64,000 bases of DNA from Gemmatimonadota bacterium. GTDB taxonomy: Bacteria > Gemmatimonadota > Gemmatimonadetes > Palauibacterales > Palauibacteraceae. Below are positions 18,765 through 28,198 of the stretch, piece by piece. The notes below the pieces were generated by a model. The model saw only the letters and a program-made list of their open reading frames with translations. It had not been told where the DNA came from and did no database searches. Made by a program: the position numbers and the translations under genes. Each line of letters begins with the position of its first letter. The stretch's first letter is position 1. The stretch is from contig JBDHAC010000001.1 of assembly GCA_039588275.1 (NCBI GenBank), forward strand, positions 54,836-118,835. Direction: 5' to 3'.

Positions 18765-19011
18765 TAACGGCCTCTTCGTCCAGATAACCGGCCAGTCGTA
18801 CCCCCTGTGACAAGAGTACCCTTGGCGGGGAGTCCCCACGGCGCAAGAATGGCGCAGACACAACAAACGGTGTGGTTACACCTCAACAGACTCCCGGCGG
18901 AAATGCAGGACGGAAGGCTCGTCCCTCCAGTGCGCGTTCGTGAACGTGGGTCTCGCCCGATGGAGCATGACTGCGGTGAGTGCCATGGCGGTTGTCCGTG
19001 GCGATGGAAGA

Positions 19012-19794
19012 GTGAACGCTAGAGCCTTGGCCCACAGCGTACAGAATATCAATTCATCCCGGTCGCTTCGGGTCCGATCCCGCACCGTCCTGCTCCTCAG
19101 CACGTGCATCACTTCATGTGCACCGGGCGTCGACGACGACAGGGCGGCAGGAAACGGGCGATCCGCGGGGATCGCGTCGGCTGATTCGCTCCTACTCCGG
19201 CCGGAGAATCCAGTCTGGCGGGAGGCCGCTCCCGACTCTTTCAACGTCGCGTTCCAGACCAGCCGGGGTCTTTTCCTGGTCGAGGTGCGACGGAGCTGGG
19301 CGCCCGTAGGGGCGGACCGCTTCTACAACCTCGTGCGACACGGCTTCTTCGACGATTCGCGCTTCTATCGGGTGGTGGAAGGCTTCATCGTGCAGTTCGG
19401 CTTGCCCGGCGACCCCGAGGTCACGGCAGTCTGGCTGGAGCGAACCATCGAGGACGACCCCGCTCGGGAGAGCAACCTGAAGGGTCGAATCGCGTACGCG
19501 ATGACCGGACCCGACACCCGCGCGACGCAGGTCTACATCAACCTCATCGACAACGTTCGTCTGGATACGGCGGGGTTCGCCCCGTTTGGTCAGGTCATCA
19601 AGGGGATGGAGGTCGTGGACGCTCTGTACGCCGGCTACGGCGAGAACGCCGGTGGAGGGATGAGACGCGGCGAGCAGGGCCGGATCATCGCGGAGGGGAA
19701 CGCCCATCTGGACCGAGATTTTCCGCTGCTCGACCGAATTGTCTCGGCTCGGATCGTCCCTTTCCCCTGGCCGATCTTCTGGACGATTCGATAA
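19012..19794 (+). CDS. Cyclophilin-type peptidyl-prolyl isomerase, probable lipoprotein
   Basis: WAPVGADRFYNLV, RFYRVVEGFIVQFG, TRATQVYINL, GFAPFGQV; ITSC lipobox-like; start uncertain. Confidence 0.9.
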   Translation: MNARALAHSVQNINSSRSLRVRSRTVLLLSTCITSCAPGVDDDRAAGNGRSAGIASADSLLLRPENPVWREAAPDSFNVAFQTSRGLFLVEVRRSWAPVGADRFYNLVRHGFFDDSRFYRVVEGFIVQFGLPGDPEVTAVWLERTIEDDPARESNLKGRIAYAMTGPDTRATQVYINLIDNVRLDTAGFAPFGQVIKGMEVVDALYAGYGENAGGGMRRGEQGRIIAEGNAHLDRDFPLLDRIVSARIVPFPWPIFWTIR

Positions 19795-19817
19795 TGACCG
19801 AGAGTTCTCCCGATCAT
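19764..19817 (-). pseudogene. N-terminal remnant of a Ser/Thr protein kinase gene
   Basis: MIGRTLGHYRIVQKIGQG is a Hanks kinase subdomain I start; it breaks off within the Gly-loop and continues as cyclophilin antisense. Confidence 0.7.
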
Positions 19818-20101
19818 TTCAATGCCCCACCGGAGTTGGCCACCCAGCCTCGACCAGCAGCATTGCGGCACCTGGTGACGAGTTTTACCGTGAAATCCTA
19901 GCTCTACGGTGATCTTGACCGTAGCCGCCAGGGGCCCCCGATGTGCGAGGGATCGACTGTGGCGGCAAAGAAATATCGTTCTGGTTCTTGCGCCGATTGG
20001 CCCAGCCTACCGCTGCGACCCCTCAGGATCTCTCCATGCCGTTCACCACTAGCTCCTGGCGATAACCAGGGACGGGCACCACCCGCCCAGGGAGGTCTGC
20101 T

Positions 20102-21319
20102 ATGTCAGGAAGAGCAGCCGCGTGGCTCGGGCTGCTGCTGACGGCAGGCACAGTCGGAGGCCTAGCACAAGCACCTGAGGACGGCCCTCCGACCCGTCGC
20201 TTCGACCGCCAGGCAGCACCACTTACGTCATCCGCCCTATCGAGCTCGATCGCCGCCGGATCCGCAGCTTCGTTACTTCGGCCCGGCGACCCGACGATCG
20301 TGATCGCCACTGGCTTCGTCGCCCCCTGCAGGATGGCGGCAGGTCCCCAGGGAGACCTGTTCGTCACCGACCAGGGCACCATCTACGGCGTCACGCTGGA
20401 CGGCACGGTGAGCGTGTTTGTTACGGTCCCAGACGCCCGCGGTAACGACTTCGATGCGTTCGGCCACTTGCTGGTGCCATCCCCAGCCAACGGGACCGTG
20501 TACCGTGTGTCACCCACCGGTGAGGTGACCCCTTTCCTGACCGTGTTCAATCCGCGCCGAGCCAGGACAGGACCGGACGGAAGCATCTGGATCGCAACCA
20601 TCGACTCGCTTCACCACTTCGACGCCGTGGGCCGCTATCTGGAGAGCTTTGACGTAATGAGTCAGGGCGGCGCGGCGTTCGGGCTCAGGTTCTCGCCCTC
20701 GGGTGAGCTCTACTTCACGAGCTGGGCTGGGTATTGGAAGCTCGAGAATGGCGCCGTCGTACCCGTGCTGACCGGCCTCACGCCGCGGCAGGGGGCGCCC
20801 AACTTCGACGAGCTCGGCAACAGCTACCGGATTTTCGAGGCCGTTGGGGTGGGCGATACCGACCGCGTGATCCTGGCCGACTCCGATTTCGCGACGGTGG
20901 ACGACACACTCGTCAGTCAGATCCAGGCTCCGTGCTCCGCCGCATTCGCACGTGACGCTGCGGGCGATATGACGAACCGGTTCTTCGTGGGCCAGAGAGA
21001 CGGCACCCTCGTCGAAGTGAACTCCGCTGCGATCGCTGCACCGGGCTGGCCGACGGTCGGTCTGGAGATCGATCGGCTGGACGAGGATGATTGCGCGGGC
21101 ACGGTCGTGGGCATGACCGGTCTCATCACGGCGGACCAGAGCCACTTCTTGGATGTGATCGGCAACAACAACGGTTCCTATGATGTAGGTGATTTTCGGG
21201 CCTATCTGATCGCAACCGGCATCACGGAGAGTTCCTCAGCGACCGGTCCGCGCGACATGCCTCCGCTCGCGAGCCAGCCGGGGCCTGCCGGGCCCGGGGA
21301 AAGGAGGGTACGACGATGA
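20102..21319 (+). CDS. Secreted NHL/SMP-30-like beta-propeller protein with C-terminal dockerin/EF-hand-like motif
   Basis: GGGAGG RBS; signal peptide; repeated blades (GPQGDLFV, DAFGHLLV, GPDGSIWI, SPSGELYF, DELGNSY); C-terminal LDVIGNNNGSYDVGDFRAYL. Confidence 0.75.
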   Translation: MSGRAAAWLGLLLTAGTVGGLAQAPEDGPPTRRFDRQAAPLTSSALSSSIAAGSAASLLRPGDPTIVIATGFVAPCRMAAGPQGDLFVTDQGTIYGVTLDGTVSVFVTVPDARGNDFDAFGHLLVPSPANGTVYRVSPTGEVTPFLTVFNPRRARTGPDGSIWIATIDSLHHFDAVGRYLESFDVMSQGGAAFGLRFSPSGELYFTSWAGYWKLENGAVVPVLTGLTPRQGAPNFDELGNSYRIFEAVGVGDTDRVILADSDFATVDDTLVSQIQAPCSAAFARDAAGDMTNRFFVGQRDGTLVEVNSAAIAAPGWPTVGLEIDRLDEDDCAGTVVGMTGLITADQSHFLDVIGNNNGSYDVGDFRAYLIATGITESSSATGPRDMPPLASQPGPAGPGERRVRR

Positions 21320-21735
21320 CGCGGTGCCGACGGCGAACGCTGGTCGCGATAGCCGCCGCGCTGACCCTCGCCATCGCGTGTGGTGACGATGGCCCCGGCG
21401 GACCCACGGGCCCGATCTCCGGAACCCTGGCCCTCAACCTGACGACGCCGAACGCGGACGATGCCGCCCTCGTGCTCCGGCTCACCGGACCCGGCATCAC
21501 ACAGGTGTCGGCCTCGGATCCAAGCACCTACCTGTATTCGAGTCAGGACGGGGCCACCCTCACGGCCGTGATCGTGGGAGACTTGCAGAACGGGTCTGTG
21601 CTCAGGTTTCGGGTGCCCGACGTGAACGCGGTGTCCTCACATAGCGGTACCGTGCTCGAGGTGGCTGACGAAGCCAACGCGCTGCGCGGATCCCTCGCAG
21701 GCTATGGACTCTCGGTAACGGCGGGTTCCGAGTAG
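21316..21735 (+). CDS. Small beta-rich lipoprotein, possibly cohesin-like
   Basis: AAGGAGG RBS; ATGA overlap; lipobox LAIAC, Gly/Pro linker, about 105 aa with alternating beta-strand pattern. Confidence 0.75.
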   Translation: MTRCRRRTLVAIAAALTLAIACGDDGPGGPTGPISGTLALNLTTPNADDAALVLRLTGPGITQVSASDPSTYLYSSQDGATLTAVIVGDLQNGSVLRFRVPDVNAVSSHSGTVLEVADEANALRGSLAGYGLSVTAGSE

Positions 21736-21941
21736 GCACATGCCCGGCGGGCGACCACGAGTGGAAGATCCTCGTCGCCCGCCCGCCGGATTCACCGAGC
21801 CCAAGTGCGGCCAGCGCTCAGCGCGCCGAGACACCGCACTCGACGCACGGGCGCGCACGCGCCAGACTCCATCCTGCGCAGACCGAAGGCGGCCGTCACC
21901 GACGGCCGCCCCCATACGCAACATCGGTGAGAAGAGAGTCG

Positions 21942-23282
21942 ATGCCTCGTCGCCGGATGCGTCTCCCACGCCCGCTCGCCGATGCGATTCGGGGCGCTCC
22001 GGGGCCGCGGACCAGCGGCCGGTTCCCGGCCAGGTTCTGCGCGCGGCCCGCCGTGTGGAACCTCTTCATCGTCGTGCTCACGAGTTGCCGGGCCGGTGAC
22101 TCCCCCGTGGACCGCCCCTCCGCCGGCGCCTCGGTCGCGCGGGACAGCGCGGGCGTCGCGATCGTCGAAAGCCGTGGACCGAGGTGGACAGCGGCCACCG
22201 CCTGGGTGATCGGCGCGGATCCGGTCCTCGACATCGGGGCGGCAGACGGATCCGCGGAATTCCAGTTTGACGGGATAGAAGGGTTACTGAGGCTCGAGGA
22301 CGGCGGGCTCGTGGTGGCCGATGCAGGATCGGGCGAGCTGCGCTTCTACGATCCTGCGGGTCGCTTCTCGAAAAAGACCGGAGGCCGTGGTTCCGGCCCC
22401 GGCGAGTTTCAACGGATCATCACCCTCGGCCGGGGTCCGGGTGACTCGCTGTGGGTCTACGACTTCGGCGCGCGGCGGTTCACGATCCTCACGCCGGAGG
22501 GCGAGACCGCGCGGACGGTCCGGGTTCCCGACGCGCTCGCCAACGTCGGCGCCGTGGGTCGCACCCCGGACGGCTCCTTCGTGCTTCAGGAGTACTGGTC
22601 CTCACGCCCGCACGACGAGTCTCCGGCATCGGAGCTCGTGCGCGAGGACGCGGCGATCGCCACGATGTCACCGACGGGCGACGATATGGACACCCTGGGC
22701 GTGTTCCCGGGACGTGAGATCGTGATATGGAGCGAGAACGGCCGGGCCGTGATGAGCACGCCCCTGTTCGCTCACTCGACGAGCGTAGCGTTGGTCGGGG
22801 GCTCGGTGTTCATCGGAGACCAGAGCCGGTTCGAGATCGGCGAATACGCTCTGGACGGGCGACTGCTGCGTATCGTTCGCCTGCCAGAGGTTTCCCTGGC
22901 CCTGTCGGGGTCCGAAGTCGAGCGGGCGTTGGCGAGTGAGCTGGCCACACAGCCGGAGAGCGAGCGCGCGATGTGGCGAGCGCACTTCGAGCGCATGGCC
23001 GTGCCCGAGACACGTCCGGCGTACTCGCGCCTGCTGGGCGATCCGGAAGGAAACCTCTGGGTTGGGGCGTACGCGCGTGATCCGAGAGACGTGGCTTCGT
23101 GGACGGTGTTTGATGCGAGCGGCGCATGGCTCGGAGGTGTGGACATGCCCGACCGGTTCCGGGTCCTGGAGATCGGGTCGAGCTGGGTGCTCGGCAGGTG
23201 GCTGGACGACCTGGATGTGGAGCACGTGCGCCTTCACGAGCTTCACAAGCCGGCCGCCCAGCGCAGGGTGACGAATGAGTGA
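21942..23282 (+). CDS. 6-bladed beta-propeller lipoprotein
   Basis: VLTSC lipobox; RDSAGVAIVES, GGRGSGPGEFQ, DPEGNLWV, RVLEIG, DDLDVE; start uncertain. Confidence 0.8.
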   Translation: MPRRRMRLPRPLADAIRGAPGPRTSGRFPARFCARPAVWNLFIVVLTSCRAGDSPVDRPSAGASVARDSAGVAIVESRGPRWTAATAWVIGADPVLDIGAADGSAEFQFDGIEGLLRLEDGGLVVADAGSGELRFYDPAGRFSKKTGGRGSGPGEFQRIITLGRGPGDSLWVYDFGARRFTILTPEGETARTVRVPDALANVGAVGRTPDGSFVLQEYWSSRPHDESPASELVREDAAIATMSPTGDDMDTLGVFPGREIVIWSENGRAVMSTPLFAHSTSVALVGGSVFIGDQSRFEIGEYALDGRLLRIVRLPEVSLALSGSEVERALASELATQPESERAMWRAHFERMAVPETRPAYSRLLGDPEGNLWVGAYARDPRDVASWTVFDASGAWLGGVDMPDRFRVLEIGSSWVLGRWLDDLDVEHVRLHELHKPAAQRRVTNE

Positions 23283-24606
23283 GGCACGGCGTACGCGAGC
23301 TTCTTCCGCCACCGCGGCTTCTACGGTCCCTACGGTCTCTACCGTCTCTGCGGTCTCTACGGTCTCTACGGTCCCTGCGGTCTCCGTCGTTTCCGCGGCG
23401 CTCCTGTCCGCATGCGTTCTGGCATGCGGGGACGAGGCCCGGACCGGCACCGACGTCACGGTGCACGACAGCGCGGGGATCCGGATCGTCAGCAACGGTC
23501 CCCTCCCGCCCGACCGCTGGGTCTGGACGGTGACCCCCACGCCGTCGCTGCAGCTCGGCACGCTGGATGGCGAGCCCGAATACCAGTTCTTCCGCATCAC
23601 CGACGCTCACCGATTCGAGGATGGCCGGATCGTCGTCGCCAACAGGGGAACTCACGAGTTGCGCTTCTTCGACGCGGACGGCGAGCACTATCGCTCGGTG
23701 GGTGGCGAGGGAGACGGACCGGGGGAGTTTCAGGACCTGCGGCTCGTCCGAGAGCTTGCGGGGGATTCACTCCTCACCTTCGACCAACGCCAGCGGCGCA
23801 TCTCCGTGTTCGACTCGACCGGCGCGTTCTCACGCTCCTTGACGCCACAGGGCCTCGATTTCTACCAGGTCCTGGGCGCGCTCGGGGACGGTACCCTCCT
23901 GATCCAGGAGTTCAACCTGATTACTCCCGACGAGATCGCTGAAGGCAGCGAGCGCCGGGATGCGAGCTTCCGTCTGGCGGATCGCGTGGGCACCACGATC
24001 GAGACGATCGGTCCGTATCCCGGCCAGGAGATGCACATCATCCCCCGCGAGAGTCGCATGATCACGGTCAACGCCGTTCCGTTTGGTCGGGGGGCGTACG
24101 CCGCCGTGGCGGGCGACCGCATCTTGGCAGGGACCAACGACGCCTACAGCCTGGACGTGTACGGCCAGGACGGCACTCTGGAGAGCATCGTTCGGCTTGC
24201 CCACGACCCCGACCCGGTCCGCCCGGGCGACTTCGATTTCCTCCGAGACGAGGCCCTGGCCGGGATCGACTCCGACCAATTCCGACAGATGGAGCGCGAG
24301 TCTTGGGACGCCATGCCGCATCACGAGACGTTCCCCGCTTTCGAGTCTTTCACGGGCGACGCCGCCGGCCACTTCTGGGTCCGCGACTACCTCCCGCCCG
24401 ACGATGAGCGCAGCATCTGGACGGTGTTCGACTCGGAGGGGACGGCACTCGGGAAGGTCGAGACACCCGTGGACCTGAGGGTGCTGGAGATCGGCGAGGA
24501 CTACATCCTCGGGGTCCTGCGGGATGAGTTGGATGTGGAATGGCTTCAGTTGTACGCGCTGAACAAGCCGGAGCCCCTCGAAACGCGGAGTTCCGGATCA
24601 AAGTGA
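23275..24606 (+). CDS. 6-bladed beta-propeller lipoprotein, paralog of the upstream gene
   Basis: VLAC lipobox; HDSAGIRIVS, GGEGDGPGEFQ, DAAGHFWV, RVLEIG, DELDVE. Confidence 0.85.
   Translation: MSEARRTRASSATAASTVPTVSTVSAVSTVSTVPAVSVVSAALLSACVLACGDEARTGTDVTVHDSAGIRIVSNGPLPPDRWVWTVTPTPSLQLGTLDGEPEYQFFRITDAHRFEDGRIVVANRGTHELRFFDADGEHYRSVGGEGDGPGEFQDLRLVRELAGDSLLTFDQRQRRISVFDSTGAFSRSLTPQGLDFYQVLGALGDGTLLIQEFNLITPDEIAEGSERRDASFRLADRVGTTIETIGPYPGQEMHIIPRESRMITVNAVPFGRGAYAAVAGDRILAGTNDAYSLDVYGQDGTLESIVRLAHDPDPVRPGDFDFLRDEALAGIDSDQFRQMERESWDAMPHHETFPAFESFTGDAAGHFWVRDYLPPDDERSIWTVFDSEGTALGKVETPVDLRVLEIGEDYILGVLRDELDVEWLQLYALNKPEPLETRSSGSK
23320..23382 (+). repeat. In-frame 9-bp tandem repeat (YCTRCSGTC x7) inside a signal peptide
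   Basis: Encodes STV-PTV-STV-SAV-STV-STV-PAV. Confidence 0.9.
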
Positions 24607-24671
24607 TCTCCCGAGGCGGCTGGTTCCGGGAAGAACGGCCAGGTCCGGGAAGGAAGAAGGAGATACCGCTG

Positions 24672-26552
24672 ATGGGCACCGTTGACTCCGCTCGATACTC
24701 GAACGCTCGGCATCGCCTCGTGTGGGTCGTCGGTCTGACGACGACCGCCGCCTTCGGGTCGACGACGATGCTGGCGGCGCAAGCGCCGACCCGCCCCGCG
24801 GTACCGGAAAGCCCCGTGATCTCCGCGCCATCGCCGGGCACGACCCACGGGCCAGCGGACCTGGTCTCGCACCTCCGCCTGCCGACAAGCGAGCTCGGCG
24901 ACGTCGTCGGGCGCTACGCGGCCGACCGGTCCGCGCTCGGCCGCCGCTGGAACGTCCCCTACTCCTCCGCCCGCCGGGGTCGCTTCCGGGCCTTCCACGA
25001 GGAGTGGCGAGAGAGCCTGGACGAGATCGAGTTCGACGGTCTCGGCCTCGAGGGAAGGATCGACTACGTCCTGCTCGACAACGAGCTCCGCTACCGGCTC
25101 GAGCTCCTCGAACGCGAGGATCGGCTGCACGCCGAGATGCAGACGTTGATCCCGTTCATGGGCACGATCGTGGACCTCAACGAGAGGCGGAGGGCCCGCG
25201 AGCCCGTGGATGCGCGGGGTGCCGCGAAGAGCCTGGCCGCACTTCCCGGCCGGATCGACGAGACGAGGACGGGTATCGAGGCGACCCTGGAGAGCGAATC
25301 GGAGGACGCGAGCCCCGTGTCCAGGATCGTCGCGCTGCGCGCCGTCAGGGCGCTGGACGGCCTGACGCGAGGGTTGAAGGACTGGTACGAGCACTACGCG
25401 GGGTACGACCCGATCTTCACCTGGTGGAACAAGGACCCCTACGCACGAGCCGACGAGGTCCTGAAGGCGTACGCGAAGTTCCTGCGCGAAAAGGTCGTCG
25501 GACACCGCGAGGGCGAGGACGAGCCAATCGTCGGCGACCCCATCGGTGCAGACGGGATGCGAGCCGATCTGATCCACGAGATGATCCCGTACACGCCCGA
25601 GGAGTTGATCGCGATCGCCGAAAAGGAGTTCGCGTGGTGCGAAGCGCGCATGCTCGAAGCGTCACGCGATCTGGGTTTCGGCGAAGATTGGAAGGCCGCG
25701 CTCGAGCACGTGAAGACGCTACACCGAGAGCCGGGAAGTCAGACTCACCTGGTCCGCGAGCTGGCCGAGGAGGCGGTGAGCTTCCTGCGCGAGCGGGACC
25801 TCGTGACGATTCCGCCGCTGGCCGAGGAGGTGTGGCGCATCGAGATGATGTCGCCGGAGCAGCAGAAGGTGTCGCCCTTCTTCCTGGGCGGGGAGATCAT
25901 CCGCGTCGCCTTCCCCACCGACGAGATGGAGCATGACGACAAGCTGATGAGCATGCGGGGGAACAACGAGCACTTCTCCCGCGCCACGGTCCACCACGAG
26001 CTGATCCCCGGACACCACCTGCAGGGGTTCATGACCAGTCGGTACAACTCGCACCGGCGAGTGTTCTCGACCCCATTCTGGGGCGAGGGCTGGGCGCTGT
26101 ACTGGGAGATGCTCCTGTGGGACCTCGGCTTCCCGCAAACGCCCGAGGACCGGGTCGGGATGTTGTTCTGGCGCATGCACCGTGCGGCCAGGATCATCTT
26201 CTCGCTCAGCTTTCACCTCGGGGACATGACGCCACCGGAGGCGATCGATTTTCTGGTCGATCGTGTGGGTCACGAGCGCGCCAACGCCACCGCCGAGGTG
26301 CGCCGGTCGTTCAACGGGAGTTACTCGCCGCTCTACCAGGTGGCGTACATGATCGGCGGCCTCCAGATCCGGGCCCTGCAGGAGCAGCTCGTGGGGTCGG
26401 GGCGCATGACCAACCGGGAGTTCCACGACGCGATCCTGCAGGGCGGGCGTATGCCGATCGAGATGGTCCGGGCCAGACTGGAAGTCCAACCGCCGCCGCG
26501 CGACTTCACGTCTTCGTGGCGCTTCTACGGAGATCCGCTCGAGAACCGGTGA
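24672..26552 (+). CDS. DUF885 family secreted protein (putative metallopeptidase)
   Basis: AAGGAG RBS; signal peptide; HHELIPGHHLQ, EGWALYWE, RAARII, YMIGGLQI. Confidence 0.9.
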   Translation: MGTVDSARYSNARHRLVWVVGLTTTAAFGSTTMLAAQAPTRPAVPESPVISAPSPGTTHGPADLVSHLRLPTSELGDVVGRYAADRSALGRRWNVPYSSARRGRFRAFHEEWRESLDEIEFDGLGLEGRIDYVLLDNELRYRLELLEREDRLHAEMQTLIPFMGTIVDLNERRRAREPVDARGAAKSLAALPGRIDETRTGIEATLESESEDASPVSRIVALRAVRALDGLTRGLKDWYEHYAGYDPIFTWWNKDPYARADEVLKAYAKFLREKVVGHREGEDEPIVGDPIGADGMRADLIHEMIPYTPEELIAIAEKEFAWCEARMLEASRDLGFGEDWKAALEHVKTLHREPGSQTHLVRELAEEAVSFLRERDLVTIPPLAEEVWRIEMMSPEQQKVSPFFLGGEIIRVAFPTDEMEHDDKLMSMRGNNEHFSRATVHHELIPGHHLQGFMTSRYNSHRRVFSTPFWGEGWALYWEMLLWDLGFPQTPEDRVGMLFWRMHRAARIIFSLSFHLGDMTPPEAIDFLVDRVGHERANATAEVRRSFNGSYSPLYQVAYMIGGLQIRALQEQLVGSGRMTNREFHDAILQGGRMPIEMVRARLEVQPPPRDFTSSWRFYGDPLENR

Positions 26553-26573
26553 CGGCGGATCCGGGTGTCGGCT

Positions 26574-26602
26574 GGATGCGGGTCACGCCGTGACCCGCAT
26601 CC
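26574..26602. terminator. 13-bp perfect hairpin between convergent genes
   Basis: GGATGCGGGTCAC-GCC-GTGACCCGCATCC; no U-tract. Confidence 0.55.
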
Positions 26603-26710
26603 AAGACCCCGAACAGTCGGTTGATGGGTCGATGACGGTTCAGCTGAAACGTCTCGGCCTCGGGAACGGGCATTGGCGGCGGCTTGCCGGGACGCTCGGA
26701 CAGGTCGGCC

Positions 26711-27229
26711 CTACTCGGCGGCCGCGACGGCCAGCGCCTGAAGCCGTGCGTCGATGCGCGCCGTCGCCGGCCGCTCGGGCGTGACCTCTATGGCGCGGGC
26801 CTCGAGAGTCCTGGTCCGGGACTCGTGGTAACGACCGTTCCTCACGCCCCCGTCAGGCCCCAGCTCGGCGATGAGGGTGGTACCACCTTCGGCGAGCCCG
26901 ATGATCAATACCCATTCGCCCTCGCTCGGCCATGCCTGCCGGACGGCCCATACACCGGTGCCCGATGTGGACTCGAACTCGAGCGGGATCGACCGCCGCT
27001 TCCCGTTCACCATGCCTTCGGCGGTGCCCCTCAGGTTCCACGCCGCCGGCGTCTCGTGATAGTACGTGCGCACGATGAGGACCGCGTCCGCGTGCGCGCG
27101 GTCGAGGGGATTCGCCGGGAGCTCGAGAGAGATCCACGGCGCTCCGACGTCGGAAGACGGTGCCGGGCGGGCAAAAGCTGCCGCGATGAGGGCGATTGGG
27201 ACGAGTGCGAGCATCCATGCGCGTCGCAT
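26711..27229 (-). CDS. Hypothetical secreted protein
   Basis: AGGAGG RBS; signal peptide; beta-rich body (PWISLELPANP, GTAEG, W..EGEWVL). Confidence 0.8.
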   Translation of the reverse strand: MRRAWMLALVPIALIAAAFARPAPSSDVGAPWISLELPANPLDRAHADAVLIVRTYYHETPAAWNLRGTAEGMVNGKRRSIPLEFESTSGTGVWAVRQAWPSEGEWVLIIGLAEGGTTLIAELGPDGGVRNGRYHESRTRTLEARAIEVTPERPATARIDARLQALAVAAAE

Positions 27230-27276
27230 CGGAACCTCCTGGCTTCTGGTTGCGGGTTTCTCGTGACTTGAACCTG

Positions 27277-27304
27277 AGATCCCGCGGCCCCCCCTCGGGG
27301 TTTA
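27277..27304 (-). promoter_or_regulatory. Putative ECF promoter TAAACC-N16-GGATCT
   Basis: Matches the motif before the ECF gene at 29549; a second TAAACC lies 24 nt upstream, overlapping the DUF4097 stop codon. Confidence 0.55.
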
Positions 27305-27325
27305 GGCGGCCCCCTCTTTCGGGGT

Positions 27326-28198
27326 TTAGCCCGAGGGTCGCGTCGCTTTGCGGATTCGTACGGGGCCTTTGAAGCTCTTGATGCGAAGCTGTGGCCCGCC
27401 CTTCCCCGTCGTGAAGACTCGCTCGGAGCCGTCCGCGAACTCGTTCTCGACGGGTGCGCCGAGAGCGGTGATCGTGAAGTCGGCCGCGATCAGCGGCGGT
27501 AGCCGAAGGTCGATTCCACCGCTGTGATTTTCGAAATAGAAGAGCTCCGCCCCGGGCTCGAACGAGCCTTCGAAGACGATGTCCCCCGCCACCGACGTCA
27601 GCTCGCCCTCCCAGAGCTCCTCTCCGACTACGATGAGATCGCCGCTGACCGTCGAGGCGTTCACGAAGCCGTGCGCGCCCCGCAGGGTGACGCCACCGTC
27701 CACGGAATGCGCCCTGACGATCTTCGAGCGGCCGTCGACGAATACGTCGCCGGTCCCGGACTCCGCGAACACGGTTCGAGGAGCTCCCGAGATCCGGATC
27801 GTTCCACTGATCGTGGTCACGTCCACGCCGCCCTGGAGATCGACGATCTCCACGCTCGCTCCGGCCGTGCGAGCGGCGATGTGGCTTCGACGCGGAGCAT
27901 GCACCTCGATCTCCGACCCGCTGACCGTGCCGGCACCCGGATCGGGCACGACGCGGATTCGCGTCTCGGGTCCGCGCACGCTGAAGTCCAGGCTCTCCAT
28001 GCCTTCACCGAGCTCACCCGTCACGCGCACGGAATCCTTGTCCCAAGCCACGACTCGTACCGCTCCGGCGGAGATCGCGATCTTGATCGATCCATCCCCT
28101 TCGGCCGGTAGCGTGCGGTCGACCTGCTGGGCGGAGAGTCCCCCCGGCATGAAACCGAGCGCGATGGATGCAACGGACAGGAATGTCAGGGCTTTCAT
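27326..28198 (-). CDS. DUF4097 family beta-strand repeat (adhesin-like) secreted protein
   Basis: Signal peptide; repeated V.TISG.I / STVSGDL / TSVAGDI / NHSGGIDL strands; C-terminal SFKGPVRI. Confidence 0.85.
   Translation of the reverse strand: MKALTFLSVASIALGFMPGGLSAQQVDRTLPAEGDGSIKIAISAGAVRVVAWDKDSVRVTGELGEGMESLDFSVRGPETRIRVVPDPGAGTVSGSEIEVHAPRRSHIAARTAGASVEIVDLQGGVDVTTISGTIRISGAPRTVFAESGTGDVFVDGRSKIVRAHSVDGGVTLRGAHGFVNASTVSGDLIVVGEELWEGELTSVAGDIVFEGSFEPGAELFYFENHSGGIDLRLPPLIAADFTITALGAPVENEFADGSERVFTTGKGGPQLRIKSFKGPVRIRKATRPSG

Noticed and set aside
19800..21735. Genomic island or prophage
   Set aside because: Slightly lower GC by eye, but no integrase, tRNA, att repeats or phage genes.
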